From: Candidatus Parcubacteria bacterium
Lineage (GTDB): Bacteria > Patescibacteriota > Patescibacteriia > Buchananbacterales > SURF-54
Direction of reading: 5' to 3'
Length of the DNA stretch: 64,000 bases
NCBI GenBank assembly: GCA_003599635.1
Contig: QZIX01000012.1
Coordinates: 12,722-76,721 of the forward strand
Shown: positions 1 to 9,864 of the stretch, one piece after another
Layout: every line of letters starts with the position of its first letter
Numbering within the stretch: the first letter of the stretch is position 1
Position numbers and translations under genes: made by a program
Notes under the pieces: generated by a model
Databases searched by the model: none
Seen by the model: only the letters and a program-made list of their open reading frames with translations
What the model was told of the DNA's origin: nothing

Positions 1-744
1 GTGGGCGAATTTACCATACATAATTCGGATATGCAGGCCCATGGCGAACAGACGATGACGCAGGTGATTGAAAAGTCATTGAACACCGGGGCAATTTTTG
101 TAGCGGACAAAGTCGGTAAAAAAAATTTCATCAGATATTCGGAGGATTTCGGTTTCGGACAAAAAACGGGAATCACTCTGGATTCCGAAATGCCCGGTGA
201 CATTTCCAATCTTAAAAAAAAGGGGCCGGCGTATGTGCAGACTGCCTCTTACGGGCAGGGCATAGCGGCAACACCCGTGCAACTGATAGCCGCCTTTGGC
301 GCTATTGCCAATGACGGCAAGCTGACACGGCCGTATATTGTCGACAGTTTTATAAAACCGAACGGGGAAACCGTAAAAAATCAGCCGCAGGAATTAAGGC
401 AGGTGATTAAATCATCAACAGCGCATCTGGTGCAGGGAATGATGGTCGCCGCGGTGAAAAGCGGCTACAGCGAAAAAGCGGCCATTGCCGGCTATTCAGT
501 GGCCGGCAAAACCGGCACGGCCCAGGTCGCCTCGGGCGAAGGCGGTTACGGTGAAAACACGATACACAGCTTTATCGGTTTTGCGCCCGTCGATGATCCG
601 GCATTTGTCATGCTTATAAAACTGACCTATCCGAAAAAAGTGAAACACGCATCAGACACCATAGCGCCCATTTTTAGTGAAATCGGCGGTTTTGTGTTAA
701 ACTATTATCAGATAGCGCCTGATGAACCCGTAAAAGGCAATTAA
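1..744 (+). CDS. Class B penicillin-binding protein (FtsI/PBP2-like) transpeptidase domain, C-terminal part; 5' end outside window
   Basis: ORF is open from base 1. It contains the KTG box (SVAGKTGTAQV) of penicilloyl-serine transferases. It lies directly upstream of murF, as in dcw clusters. Confidence 0.85.
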   Translation: MGEFTIHNSDMQAHGEQTMTQVIEKSLNTGAIFVADKVGKKNFIRYSEDFGFGQKTGITLDSEMPGDISNLKKKGPAYVQTASYGQGIAATPVQLIAAFGAIANDGKLTRPYIVDSFIKPNGETVKNQPQELRQVIKSSTAHLVQGMMVAAVKSGYSEKAAIAGYSVAGKTGTAQVASGEGGYGENTIHSFIGFAPVDDPAFVMLIKLTYPKKVKHASDTIAPIFSEIGGFVLNYYQIAPDEPVKGN

Positions 745-772
745 GGTATTAGTCATTATTAATTGAAAAAAC

Positions 773-2074
773 ATGGATAACTATTTTAAAAAAATACTGC
801 GGCGCAAACTTTATTATTTTGCCGCGGCAGTAGTTAAAAAATACAAGCCTGACATTATCGGTATTACCGGCAGCATGGGCAAAACATCGACAAAAGACGC
901 CGTTTACTGCGTCCTGGGAAAAAGCGGACTTAAGGTAAGGAAAAATATCAAAAATTATAACAATGAAATCGGCGTGCCTTTGACTATTATCGGCAAGGAA
1001 GCCGCAGGACGGAATATTTTCAAATGGTTTTTAATTTTAGGCCGCGCTTTGCGGCTTTTGGTTTTTAAAGACCGTAATTACCCGGATGTTGTGATTTTGG
1101 AAATGGCATCGGACCGAAAAGGCGACATTGATTATCTGACCAGACTGGCGCCGATAAAAATCGGCATTGTGACAAATATTTCAACCGTTCACACGGAATT
1201 TTTGGGCAGCACTGCAAATATCGCGCAAGAAAAGTCGTTTTTGGTGAAAAATATAATACCCGGCGGTTTTGCCATTTTAAACCATGACGATGAGCTGGTT
1301 TTAAAAATGAAAGGACTGACACAAGAAACAACTTTTACTTTCGGCTTTTCCCCTGATGCGGATTTTACCGCCGGAAATCTTAATCTTCTTTATAAGGAAG
1401 AGGATTATAATGTAAAGGGTGTAAGCTTTGACGCGTCTTACCGGGGCAAAACGACCAAATTTTTTCTGCCTCAGGTATTAGGTTCCCATCTGGTTTACAG
1501 TGTTTTGCCGGCAATAATTTCCGGTCTGCTGTATAAGATGGATAGCGAAAAAATCGTTTCTGCCTTAAGGGAATATGTTTCTCCCCGGGGAAGAATGAGG
1601 ATTGTACCTGGCATCAAAGACACGCAGATAATTGATGATACTTATAATTCGTCACCTTTGGCCTGCAAAGTCGCTTTAAAGACTTTAGGTGAAATCCGTC
1701 TGCCTGAAAAATTCAAAAGATACGCGGTTCTTGGCGATATGCTGGAACTGGGATCCATTTCTGAAGAAGCTCATAAAGAAGTCGGCAAGGCGGTTTTCAG
1801 CTACGGAGCTGATGTTTTAATTTGCGTAGGCGAAAGGGCCAGGGATATCGCCCGCGGGGCTTTATCGGCCGGAATGCCGTCGGAAAATATTTTCACTTTC
1901 AGCGATCGCGTCGCAGCCGGAAAATTTTTGCAGCAAAGGATGAAAACAAAGGATATTATTCTTGTTAAGGGTTCGCAGGGGATGAGAATGGAGACGATTG
2001 TCAGAGAAATTATGGCCGAACCGGAAAACGCCGAACAGCTATTGGTCAGGCAGGAACCGGGCTGGCAAAAATAA
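773..2074 (+). CDS. murF: UDP-N-acetylmuramoyl-tripeptide--D-alanyl-D-alanine ligase
   Basis: Mur-ligase P-loop GITGSMGKTSTKD near the N-terminus. Length (433 aa) and the C-terminal Mur ligase region (DDTYNSSP, VLGDMLELG) fit MurF. Follows a PBP gene. Confidence 0.85.
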   Translation: MDNYFKKILRRKLYYFAAAVVKKYKPDIIGITGSMGKTSTKDAVYCVLGKSGLKVRKNIKNYNNEIGVPLTIIGKEAAGRNIFKWFLILGRALRLLVFKDRNYPDVVILEMASDRKGDIDYLTRLAPIKIGIVTNISTVHTEFLGSTANIAQEKSFLVKNIIPGGFAILNHDDELVLKMKGLTQETTFTFGFSPDADFTAGNLNLLYKEEDYNVKGVSFDASYRGKTTKFFLPQVLGSHLVYSVLPAIISGLLYKMDSEKIVSALREYVSPRGRMRIVPGIKDTQIIDDTYNSSPLACKVALKTLGEIRLPEKFKRYAVLGDMLELGSISEEAHKEVGKAVFSYGADVLICVGERARDIARGALSAGMPSENIFTFSDRVAAGKFLQQRMKTKDIILVKGSQGMRMETIVREIMAEPENAEQLLVRQEPGWQK

Positions 2075-2075
2075 T

Positions 2076-3473
2076 ATGGGAAAAATCTATTTGTACAACA
2101 CTTTAAAGAGAAAAATCTCGCCTTTCGCGCCACTGGAAAAAAAATCAGTCAAAATGTACGCCTGCGGTCCGACTGTTTATAATTTTGCCCATATCGGAAA
2201 TTTGCGGACGTATATTTTTGAAGACATATTAAAAAGAACGCTGCTTTACAACGGTTTGCGGGTTTTACACGTGATGAACATAACCGATGTCGGCCACTTA
2301 ACTTCCGATTCAGATTTCGGCGAGGATAAAATGCAAAAAGCCGCCAGGCGCGAAAGCCAACCTGCTACCGCCGAAACAGTCATGCAAATCGCTCAAAAAT
2401 ACACGGCAGCATTTTTAAAAGATATTGCTAATCTTAACATTATAACGCCGGATAAATTAACAAAAGCCACGGATCATATTGTTGAAATGATTGAACTGAA
2501 TCAGATTATACAAAAAAACGGCTATGCCTATGAAACATCTTCCGCTTTATATTTCGATACGCGCAAATTAAAAGAATACGGCGAACTGGCCAGAGTCAAT
2601 TTTGATGCGATGCAAAAAACAGCCAGAGCAGAAACTGACCCGGAGAAAAAAAATCAGTCGGATTTTGCTTTGTGGTTTAAAACCGTAGGCAAGCACGAAA
2701 ATCATGTTTTGCGCTGGGACAGTCCCTGGGGTACGGGCTTTCCCGGGTGGCATATAGAATGTTCGGCCATGTCAATAAAACACCTGGGGAAAAGGTTCGA
2801 TATTCATTGCGGCGGGATTGACCACATTCCGGTGCACCATACCAACGAACGGGCGCAAAATATTGCCGCAATGGGCGGGCCGGTCGTCAATTTCTGGTGC
2901 CATGGGGAATTTTTGGTTATAGGTAAGTCGGAAAAAATGGCAAAATCGGGTGAAAATTTTATAACTTTAAACACCCTGATTAAAAAAGGATTCAATCCGT
3001 TGTCTTACCGCTATATGGCCCTGCTGACTCATTACCGGAAGCCGCTGCAGTTCACCTGGGAAGGCCTGGAAGCGAGCCAGAACGCTTCGAATAATTTCTA
3101 CGACCAATTTTTAAGTCTTGAAGGTGATGGCGGGATAAATAAAAATTATCAGCAAAAATTTTTAAAAGCTGTTAATGATGATTTGAACATTCCCAGAGCT
3201 TTGGCGCTCGCCTGGGACCTGCTTAAGGATAAAAAAATAAATTCCGGTGATAAAAAGGCGACCATTCTGAAATTTGACGAGGTTTTCGGCCTGAAGTTGT
3301 CGGAAACAAGAAAAATCGAAATACCGAAAGAGATTATGGAGTTAGCGGCCAAAAGGGATTTTTTAAGGCAGGAAAAAAAATGGGATGATGCCGATGATTT
3401 AAGGAAACAGGTTGAAGAAAGAGGATTTAAAATCAAAGACACGGACAGCGGTTTTGAAGTGACCAAAGAATAA
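2076..3473 (+). CDS. cysS: Cysteine--tRNA ligase
   Basis: Class I aaRS motifs HIGN (FAHIGNLRT) and KMSKS variant (KMAKSG), plus PGWHIECSAM typical of CysRS. ATG at 2076 follows the murF stop (2072-2074); the track start at 1998 overlaps murF. Confidence 0.92.
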   Translation: MGKIYLYNTLKRKISPFAPLEKKSVKMYACGPTVYNFAHIGNLRTYIFEDILKRTLLYNGLRVLHVMNITDVGHLTSDSDFGEDKMQKAARRESQPATAETVMQIAQKYTAAFLKDIANLNIITPDKLTKATDHIVEMIELNQIIQKNGYAYETSSALYFDTRKLKEYGELARVNFDAMQKTARAETDPEKKNQSDFALWFKTVGKHENHVLRWDSPWGTGFPGWHIECSAMSIKHLGKRFDIHCGGIDHIPVHHTNERAQNIAAMGGPVVNFWCHGEFLVIGKSEKMAKSGENFITLNTLIKKGFNPLSYRYMALLTHYRKPLQFTWEGLEASQNASNNFYDQFLSLEGDGGINKNYQQKFLKAVNDDLNIPRALALAWDLLKDKKINSGDKKATILKFDEVFGLKLSETRKIEIPKEIMELAAKRDFLRQEKKWDDADDLRKQVEERGFKIKDTDSGFEVTKE

Positions 3474-3542
3474 TATACTTTTTAAACAACGGCTCTTGGC
3501 GGGCTGTTTGTTGTTTTAAGGATTTGGTTGTATAATTTATCG

Positions 3543-4490
3543 ATGAATTTTTGGATTAAACTAAAAAAACCTATTCTGGCCTTGGCGCCGATTTGCGGGG
3601 TCACTGATTCGGCATTCCGGCAAATCTGCAAAAAATGCGGCGCTGATGTGGTTTATTCGGAAATGGCATCGGTCGATGCTTTGTATTACAGAAGATCGGC
3701 TGTAAAGACATTCGAACTTGTGAAATTTGAAAAGCGGGAGCGGCCTTATGTGGTCCAACTTTTCGGAAAAGATCCGGAAAAATTCAAGAGGGCAGCCGAA
3801 ATAGTGACTGAAAAAATAAAACCTCAGGGCATTGACATTAATCTGGGCTGTCCGGCCAAGAAAGTGTTTGGCCACGGTTCAGGCGCGGCATTAATGAATG
3901 ACACTAAAAAAGCCGCTGAAATTATAAAAGCTGTAAAAGAAAATACCTGTCTGCCGGTTTCAATAAAAATCAGAAGTGAAGTAAAAGGAGTTACTGCGAC
4001 CCAATTCCTGGCGTCTTTAAATTGCAGTATGTTATCCGCTGTTATGATTCACGGCCGTTCCTATGCCCAGGGTTTCACCGGACAAATTGATTATGCGGAA
4101 ATAAAAAAGGTAAAAGAAATGCTTAAAATTCCGATACTGGCAAACGGCGGAATTAATACAGCCGAAGATGCCGTTTGTATGCTTGATAAAACTGGAGCCG
4201 ACGGTCTTGGTTTGGCCAGGGGAGTTTACGGCAAACCGTGGCTTTTTACACAAATTAAAAATTATCTGGCGGAAAAAAAATACCGGGAGCCGGATATGTC
4301 AGTAATAATTAAGATAATTTTAGACCACGCCCGCCGGGCAAAAAAAACAAAAGGCGGCCGCGGCATTATGGAATTAAGGAAGCACCTGACCTGGTATATT
4401 AAGGGATTTGCCGGGGCTAAAGAATTGCGGCAGAAACTGGTTTTAGTTGAAACTGTCGATGAAATTAAGGTAATCCTGGAAAAAATATAA
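3543..4490 (+). CDS. dus: tRNA-dihydrouridine synthase (Dus family)
   Basis: Motifs LAPICGVTDSAFRQ, GIDINLGCPAKKV and the FMN/TIM-barrel pattern of Dus enzymes. ATG at 3543 is preferred over the TTG at 3528. TATAAT at 3531-3536 sits immediately upstream. Confidence 0.85.
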   Translation: MNFWIKLKKPILALAPICGVTDSAFRQICKKCGADVVYSEMASVDALYYRRSAVKTFELVKFEKRERPYVVQLFGKDPEKFKRAAEIVTEKIKPQGIDINLGCPAKKVFGHGSGAALMNDTKKAAEIIKAVKENTCLPVSIKIRSEVKGVTATQFLASLNCSMLSAVMIHGRSYAQGFTGQIDYAEIKKVKEMLKIPILANGGINTAEDAVCMLDKTGADGLGLARGVYGKPWLFTQIKNYLAEKKYREPDMSVIIKIILDHARRAKKTKGGRGIMELRKHLTWYIKGFAGAKELRQKLVLVETVDEIKVILEKI

Positions 4491-4743
4491 TTTTTGATGC
4501 TTGGTAATATTTTGCGACGCTTAAGAAAAATATGCGTCATTTTCTATGCCAATATCTATGAAAAAAAGACTTCGGTTATAATGTAAATTTTAGTCCTTGA
4601 CTGATTTGATGTAGTTGAAAAAACCGCCAAACGAGGCAGTTTTTTTATTGACAGTTAAGTATTTTAGTGATGACATTTACCATTCCGTTGCAAAAACAGG
4701 AAAACAAAGTGAAAGGATATGATTATGTACATTGCACTGATAT

Positions 4744-5244
4744 TTGAATCAAAAAAAAGGTTGTTGCACCTTCAAAGCCATCGTTCAAAAGTTAGACAGT
4801 TTGACCGACTTTAACCCAAACAGAGAATTTTGCCGGCTGGTAGGGCCGCGTTTACCGGAATTACCGCATCATGAAATCGAGATTTTTTGCCTTTCAACAG
4901 GCTTTCTTAAAAATTACATAGTGGATTTCCATTTGTCTTCAGAAAATGCGAGACCGTTTGTATGCTATCCTTTACGAATTCCAACCGAAGCAGAGGCAGT
5001 CAGAATTTTTGTCGCCTGGTCGCTTAGTTCTGTCGCCGCAATTACCGAAGGTGTTGATCTAAACACACTTATGTCCGAATGCGGCGGAAACTTAACGCTT
5101 TTGGAAACAAAAGCTGCAGAAGTTTTTGGTATTTTGGTTAAAGGAAATCAAACAACGACGCTTTGGACCATTTGGCCGAGTAAACCAAAGTACTTAATTA
5201 TAAAAAGCGGTACTGATTGTGCCACTTTGATTGTAAAATTATAG
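4744..5244 (+). CDS. Hypothetical protein (TTG start), no recognisable motif
   Basis: 166-aa ORF preceded by a 250-nt AT-rich gap. Its 3' end overlaps the corA 3' end by 6 nt. No family recognised. Confidence 0.35.
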   Translation: MNQKKGCCTFKAIVQKLDSLTDFNPNREFCRLVGPRLPELPHHEIEIFCLSTGFLKNYIVDFHLSSENARPFVCYPLRIPTEAEAVRIFVAWSLSSVAAITEGVDLNTLMSECGGNLTLLETKAAEVFGILVKGNQTTTLWTIWPSKPKYLIIKSGTDCATLIVKL

Positions 5245-6171
5245 AAATTTTTTCTTTTTAAAAATTGTCAGCATAGTGGCGGCGATTAAAACCATAATTC
5301 CGATTACCAGCCAGAAGCCGTTTTCGGTTTCAACAAAAGGCATGGCTTTAACAGTGTTCATGCCGAATATTGCCGCAATCAAGGTTATGGGAAAAGTAAC
5401 TACCGAAATTATCGTTAAAATTCTCATTATGTCATTTAACTTGAACTGGATCAGCGATTCATTCGACTGATACAAAACTTCAATACGTTCTTTTAAACTT
5501 TCCATGGCGTCCCATATTTCCTTTGAGTAATCTATTAAATCGTCATAGTAGACTTCGGTTTTTTTCATTAGAAAAAGCGGGCTGCGCATAAAAAATTCCG
5601 TCGCCTTTTTAAGTATATTTTTATGAACCTGCATAATTCTTCTAAAATCAATTATGTTTCTCCGGATTATAAGTATTTCTGACACCATTTTCTTTTCATG
5701 ATTTAAAAACATCTGTTTTTCGATATTGTCGCAGTCCAAAATCAGATGGTCAATCATAGGCAAACAGTACAAAAACATTTTGTTTAATATCTCGTATAGG
5801 AATTTTTCCGGTGAAATATTGCAATAGCCGTTCCTGACTTCTTCTGAAACCTGCAAAAGCTTGAAAAAATCGCCAAAAGGCGAAAATCCGACGCGGTTTA
5901 TGGAAATAAGATAATTTTTGCCTATAAAAAAATCCAGTTCTGCCGGCATTATTTCGCGGGTTTGTCGGTTGTAGAATGGAAACAGAAAAATTATAAAAGC
6001 GTAATCGCTGTATATGTCTATCTTTGAGCGATGAGTCGGTTTGAGGCAGTCCTGCAGGTCAAGCGGATGAAACGAGAATTTGTCTTTTAAATATTCGATT
6101 TCCTTTTCCCGAGGATGCGTGATATTTATCCATTTGAAACTTCTAAAATGCAGAGTTTGGATCTGTCCCAT
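5239..6171 (-). CDS. corA: CorA-family magnesium/cobalt transporter
   Basis: C-terminal two-TM region with the GMN signature (AAIFGMNTV). A 310-aa cytoplasmic N-domain is typical of CorA. Confidence 0.85.
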   Translation of the reverse strand: MGQIQTLHFRSFKWINITHPREKEIEYLKDKFSFHPLDLQDCLKPTHRSKIDIYSDYAFIIFLFPFYNRQTREIMPAELDFFIGKNYLISINRVGFSPFGDFFKLLQVSEEVRNGYCNISPEKFLYEILNKMFLYCLPMIDHLILDCDNIEKQMFLNHEKKMVSEILIIRRNIIDFRRIMQVHKNILKKATEFFMRSPLFLMKKTEVYYDDLIDYSKEIWDAMESLKERIEVLYQSNESLIQFKLNDIMRILTIISVVTFPITLIAAIFGMNTVKAMPFVETENGFWLVIGIMVLIAATMLTIFKKKKFL

Positions 6172-6258
6172 AATAATTTTTTGTTGATAACTTATATTAA
6201 TCTTATTTTATCACAGGTAATGGAAAAAAGGTAATTTTGTGTTATAATATAAACACCT

Positions 6259-6744
6259 ATGGCATTAGACAAAAACAGTTTACAAAAGGAAAATTTACCG
6301 GTCCGCCCTGAAAAAGAAGCCACGGCCGAAAGACAGGGCTTGGAATTGGAACCCGGTCAAATAGAAGATCTTAAAGAGGCGATTCGCGATGAAATTGGCA
6401 AAGAAAAAGCTGTTTTGCCCAGCCAGCCGGCTTTAAGGGCGGCGCAGGTTAAAAAACCGCAGGTTGTAAAAAGCGAAAATTTGGCCAGAATCGAAAATGT
6501 TTTACAGGAAGATCTTGAAGCTATCTATATAGATTTGCCTGCCGAACTTAAAAGGGAGTTCAAAAACAAGGGTGAGGAAACAGCCAAAAAAATAGAAATA
6601 TTGCTTTCAAAAACCAAGGTAAAAGTTCAGGATATACTGAAGCTGATTATGCAGTGGTTAAAAATAATTCCCGGCGTCAATAAATTTTTTATTGAGCAGG
6701 AAGCGAAAATAAAAACCGATAAAATTTTAAAAATAAAAAAATGA
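6259..6744 (+). CDS. Hypothetical charged/coiled-coil protein, first gene of a three-gene coupled operon
   Basis: 161-aa K/E-rich ORF. Its stop overlaps the next start (ATGA at 6741-6744). Extended -10 TGTTATAAT at 6240-6248. Confidence 0.55.
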   Translation: MALDKNSLQKENLPVRPEKEATAERQGLELEPGQIEDLKEAIRDEIGKEKAVLPSQPALRAAQVKKPQVVKSENLARIENVLQEDLEAIYIDLPAELKREFKNKGEETAKKIEILLSKTKVKVQDILKLIMQWLKIIPGVNKFFIEQEAKIKTDKILKIKK

Positions 6745-9308
6745 TTATTGCCGGAATTGAACCGGTGATCGGAGTAGAAAATCCGGTTTACAATTCAGTA
6801 ATTCAAAATCAGCAAATCATATTTATTTCAGACGTTATTATTTTGGTTTTGCTTCTGGCTATGCTGTTCATATTGGTTAAACTTTTCCTGCAAAGGAAGG
6901 AGTTAAAACCGATAGCTTTCCGCAAAGTCATTCTGGAAGTCGCTTTGCCGAAAGAAGCGTCGCATAAGAGCGATGAAAAATACCAGAACAAAGAAAATAC
7001 CGCGGAACAGATAGCTTTGGCGGAAAACTTATTCAGCGTTCTCGGCGGACAGCGTGCCCAAAAAGGGTTCAAGGCCTGGCTTTGGGGCAGAGAAGATCAT
7101 TTCTCTTTGGAAATAGTGTTGCTGCGGGGTCTGATTTATTTTTATATAGCCGTGCCTGTTTACATGAAGCAGTTTCTGGAACAGCATATTGCCGCGCAGT
7201 ATCCCGAAGCGCTTATAAAGGAAACAGAAGATTATAATATTTTTTCACCTCAGGGGAAAATCAAAGGCTGTTATCTGAAGTTTTCGCGCGAATATTTTTT
7301 CCCTATCAAGACCTACAACAAGCTTGCCGGCGATTCGTTAAACGCCATAACTAATTCTTTAAGCAAAATTTCGCCTGAAGACGGCGCTGCCATACAGATA
7401 ATAGCCAGGTCGGCAAAAAAGAAATGGCATTATTTGGGCAGCAGAATCGCCAAAGAAATGCACAAGGGCAGAAAGCTATCTGAAGCCCGGGCCTTAAGCC
7501 GGCCGTTTACTCCGTCAGGCATTATATACAGTCTTTTTTCCAAACCGCAGACGGCCAAAATGCAGAGTCCGGCACAGGCCGCTTCTCCTATGGAGCAGGA
7601 ATTAATCAAAGGACTGGAAGAAAAAACCTCGAAAGCCGGGCTTGATACCAATATCCGAATCATTGTATCGGCTAAAACCGACAACCTGGCGCAAACCTAT
7701 TTAAAAAATATCGTCGAGTCTTTTTCACAATTCAATTATTATCAGTACGGAAATACTTTTAAAATATCAGGTGAAAGAACGTCAAAAATCGTCCGCGATT
7801 TCATTTATCGCAACTATTTGCCCCAAAAAAGAGTTCTTTTAAACTGCGAAGAACTGGCTTCAATATACCATTTGCCTTCGCCTTTCATTGAAACACCCAA
7901 CATCCGCTGGCTGTTGGCCAAAACATTTCCCGCGCCGATAAATGCGCCTGAAGACGGACTGGTTTTAGGTGAAAATATCTACCGTGAAAACGTAAAAAAA
8001 ATATGTATTAAAACAGACGACCGCCGCCGTCATATGTATATAATCGGTATGACCGGAACGGGAAAATCCAACCTGATGTCGGAAATGGCAAAACAAGATA
8101 TTCTCGCCGGTAACGGACTGTGTATAATTGATCCCCACGGCAACCTGATTGAAAATGTTCTGCCGTGCATTCCCGAATCCAGGGCGGAAGACGTTATTAT
8201 TTTTGACCCGTCTGATGTGGAACGTCCTGTGGGGTTGAATATGCTTGAGGCGGAAAATCCGGAACAAGTTGATTTTGCCATACAGGAAATGATTGCCATT
8301 TTTTACAAACTGGTAACGGATCCTTCAATGATTGGGCCCATGTTTGAGCATAATATGAGAAATGCCATGCTTACTTTGATGGCAGATGCAGAAAACCCCG
8401 GTACAATAGCCGAAATTCCGCGGATATTCACTGACCCTGCTTTTCAGAAATACAAGCTGGCGAAAGTCACCGATCCCATGGTATGGGCTTTCTGGGAAAA
8501 GGAAATGGCAAAGACGTCTGATTTCCATAAGTCGGAAATGTTAGGATACCTTATTTCCAAAGTCGGCAGATTTGTCGAAAATCAAATGATCAGAAATATC
8601 ATCGGCCAGCCGAAATCCAAAATGAATTTTAAGGATATAATCAGAAAAAAGCGTATATTGCTGATTAATTTATGCAAGGGCAAGATCGGCGAGATGAATT
8701 CAAACCTTCTGGGGCTGATTTTCGTTTCCAAACTTCAAATGGCGGCTTTTGCCGGAGCGAGTCTGGCCGAAGACGAAAGAAATGATTTTTACCTGTACAT
8801 AGACGAATTCCAAAATTTCATTACCGAAAGCATTTCAACAATTCTGGCCGAGGCCAGGAAATACCGGCTGAATCTCATTTTAGCCCATCAGTATCTGGGC
8901 CAGCTGACGGGCGGGTCTTCCGTGGAAGGGAAAACCTACGGAGAAAGGATTAAAGACGCTATTTTCGGCAATGTGGGCACCATAGTATCATTTAGAATAG
9001 GCGTCGAGGATACCGAAACAATCGCCAAACAGTTTGCGCCGAACATTTCGGAATACGACCTGATGAATATGGAAAAATACAACGCTTACATACGGCTGTT
9101 GATAGATAACCAGTCGTCAAAAACCTTTAATTTAAGGACATATCCGCCCACAGTCGGCGACAAAAACATGGCAGCCAAGTTAAAGGAGATGTCCCGCTTA
9201 AAATACGGGCGACACAAGAAAATAGTGGAGCAGGAAATTATGCAAAGGTCAAAACTCGGTGAAAGTAATTCAAGTATCGGTCAAACAGCTTTGGAAAGGA
9301 CATTATGA
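6741..9308 (+). CDS. Membrane-anchored P-loop ATPase of the TraD/TraG/VirD4 (type IV coupling protein-like, FtsK/HerA superfamily) type
   Basis: N-terminal TM segment. Walker A IIGMTGTGKSNLM and Walker B FYLYIDEFQNF. C-terminal AHQYLGQL-type motif seen in TraD/VirD4-like proteins. Confidence 0.7.
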   Translation: MIIAGIEPVIGVENPVYNSVIQNQQIIFISDVIILVLLLAMLFILVKLFLQRKELKPIAFRKVILEVALPKEASHKSDEKYQNKENTAEQIALAENLFSVLGGQRAQKGFKAWLWGREDHFSLEIVLLRGLIYFYIAVPVYMKQFLEQHIAAQYPEALIKETEDYNIFSPQGKIKGCYLKFSREYFFPIKTYNKLAGDSLNAITNSLSKISPEDGAAIQIIARSAKKKWHYLGSRIAKEMHKGRKLSEARALSRPFTPSGIIYSLFSKPQTAKMQSPAQAASPMEQELIKGLEEKTSKAGLDTNIRIIVSAKTDNLAQTYLKNIVESFSQFNYYQYGNTFKISGERTSKIVRDFIYRNYLPQKRVLLNCEELASIYHLPSPFIETPNIRWLLAKTFPAPINAPEDGLVLGENIYRENVKKICIKTDDRRRHMYIIGMTGTGKSNLMSEMAKQDILAGNGLCIIDPHGNLIENVLPCIPESRAEDVIIFDPSDVERPVGLNMLEAENPEQVDFAIQEMIAIFYKLVTDPSMIGPMFEHNMRNAMLTLMADAENPGTIAEIPRIFTDPAFQKYKLAKVTDPMVWAFWEKEMAKTSDFHKSEMLGYLISKVGRFVENQMIRNIIGQPKSKMNFKDIIRKKRILLINLCKGKIGEMNSNLLGLIFVSKLQMAAFAGASLAEDERNDFYLYIDEFQNFITESISTILAEARKYRLNLILAHQYLGQLTGGSSVEGKTYGERIKDAIFGNVGTIVSFRIGVEDTETIAKQFAPNISEYDLMNMEKYNAYIRLLIDNQSSKTFNLRTYPPTVGDKNMAAKLKEMSRLKYGRHKKIVEQEIMQRSKLGESNSSIGQTALERTL

Positions 9309-9850
9309 TTATTTTAAGATTGGTTGTTTTAGTAATTTTTCTGGCGGTTTTATTTTTTATGCTGTTAAGTTTAGCTTATGCGGGTATTTCCGCCGCTCCC
9401 TGGGTGCCGCTTTGGAAAAGCGATGTCCGGCGAATGCTTAAAGTCGCCCGCTTAAAACCCGGTGAATTGTTATACGACCTGGGCTCGGGTGACGGCAGAA
9501 TGCTGATAATTGCCGCCCGTGAATTCAAGGCCAAAGCCGTTGGTTATGAAATTTCACTCTTGCTTTATTTGATTTCATATATTAAAATATTCTTAGTAAA
9601 TTTGAGAATTGAAAATAAAATAAAAATAAATTATTCCAGCTTTTATTCCGCTGATCTGAGCCAGGCCGACGTGATTTGCGCTTTTCTGACTCCGATGGCC
9701 ATGAAAAAATTGAAAAATAAATTCGAAAACGAATTAAAACCGGGCTGCCGCATAGTTTCGTATGCATTTTCCGTCCCCGGCTGGCAGGCGGAAATAGCCG
9801 ATAAGCCCAATCCGAAAAAATCAACCGTCTATCTTTACACGGCCAAATAA
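9305..9850 (+). CDS. Membrane-anchored class I SAM-dependent methyltransferase
   Basis: N-terminal TM helix followed by SAM motif I LYDLGSGDGRMLI. Start overlaps the upstream stop (ATGA at 9305-9308). Confidence 0.7.
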   Translation: MIILRLVVLVIFLAVLFFMLLSLAYAGISAAPWVPLWKSDVRRMLKVARLKPGELLYDLGSGDGRMLIIAAREFKAKAVGYEISLLLYLISYIKIFLVNLRIENKIKINYSSFYSADLSQADVICAFLTPMAMKKLKNKFENELKPGCRIVSYAFSVPGWQAEIADKPNPKKSTVYLYTAK

Positions 9851-9864
9851 AAACCAAAAAAAAT

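Noticed and set aside
1998-2075. N-terminal extension of the cysS ORF (track start 1998) overlapping the end of murF
   Set aside because: The extension (MSEKLWPNRKTPNSYWSGRNRAGKNN) has no CysRS homology and lies inside murF coding sequence. A canonical ATG at 2076 directly follows the murF stop and begins the conserved CysRS N-terminus.
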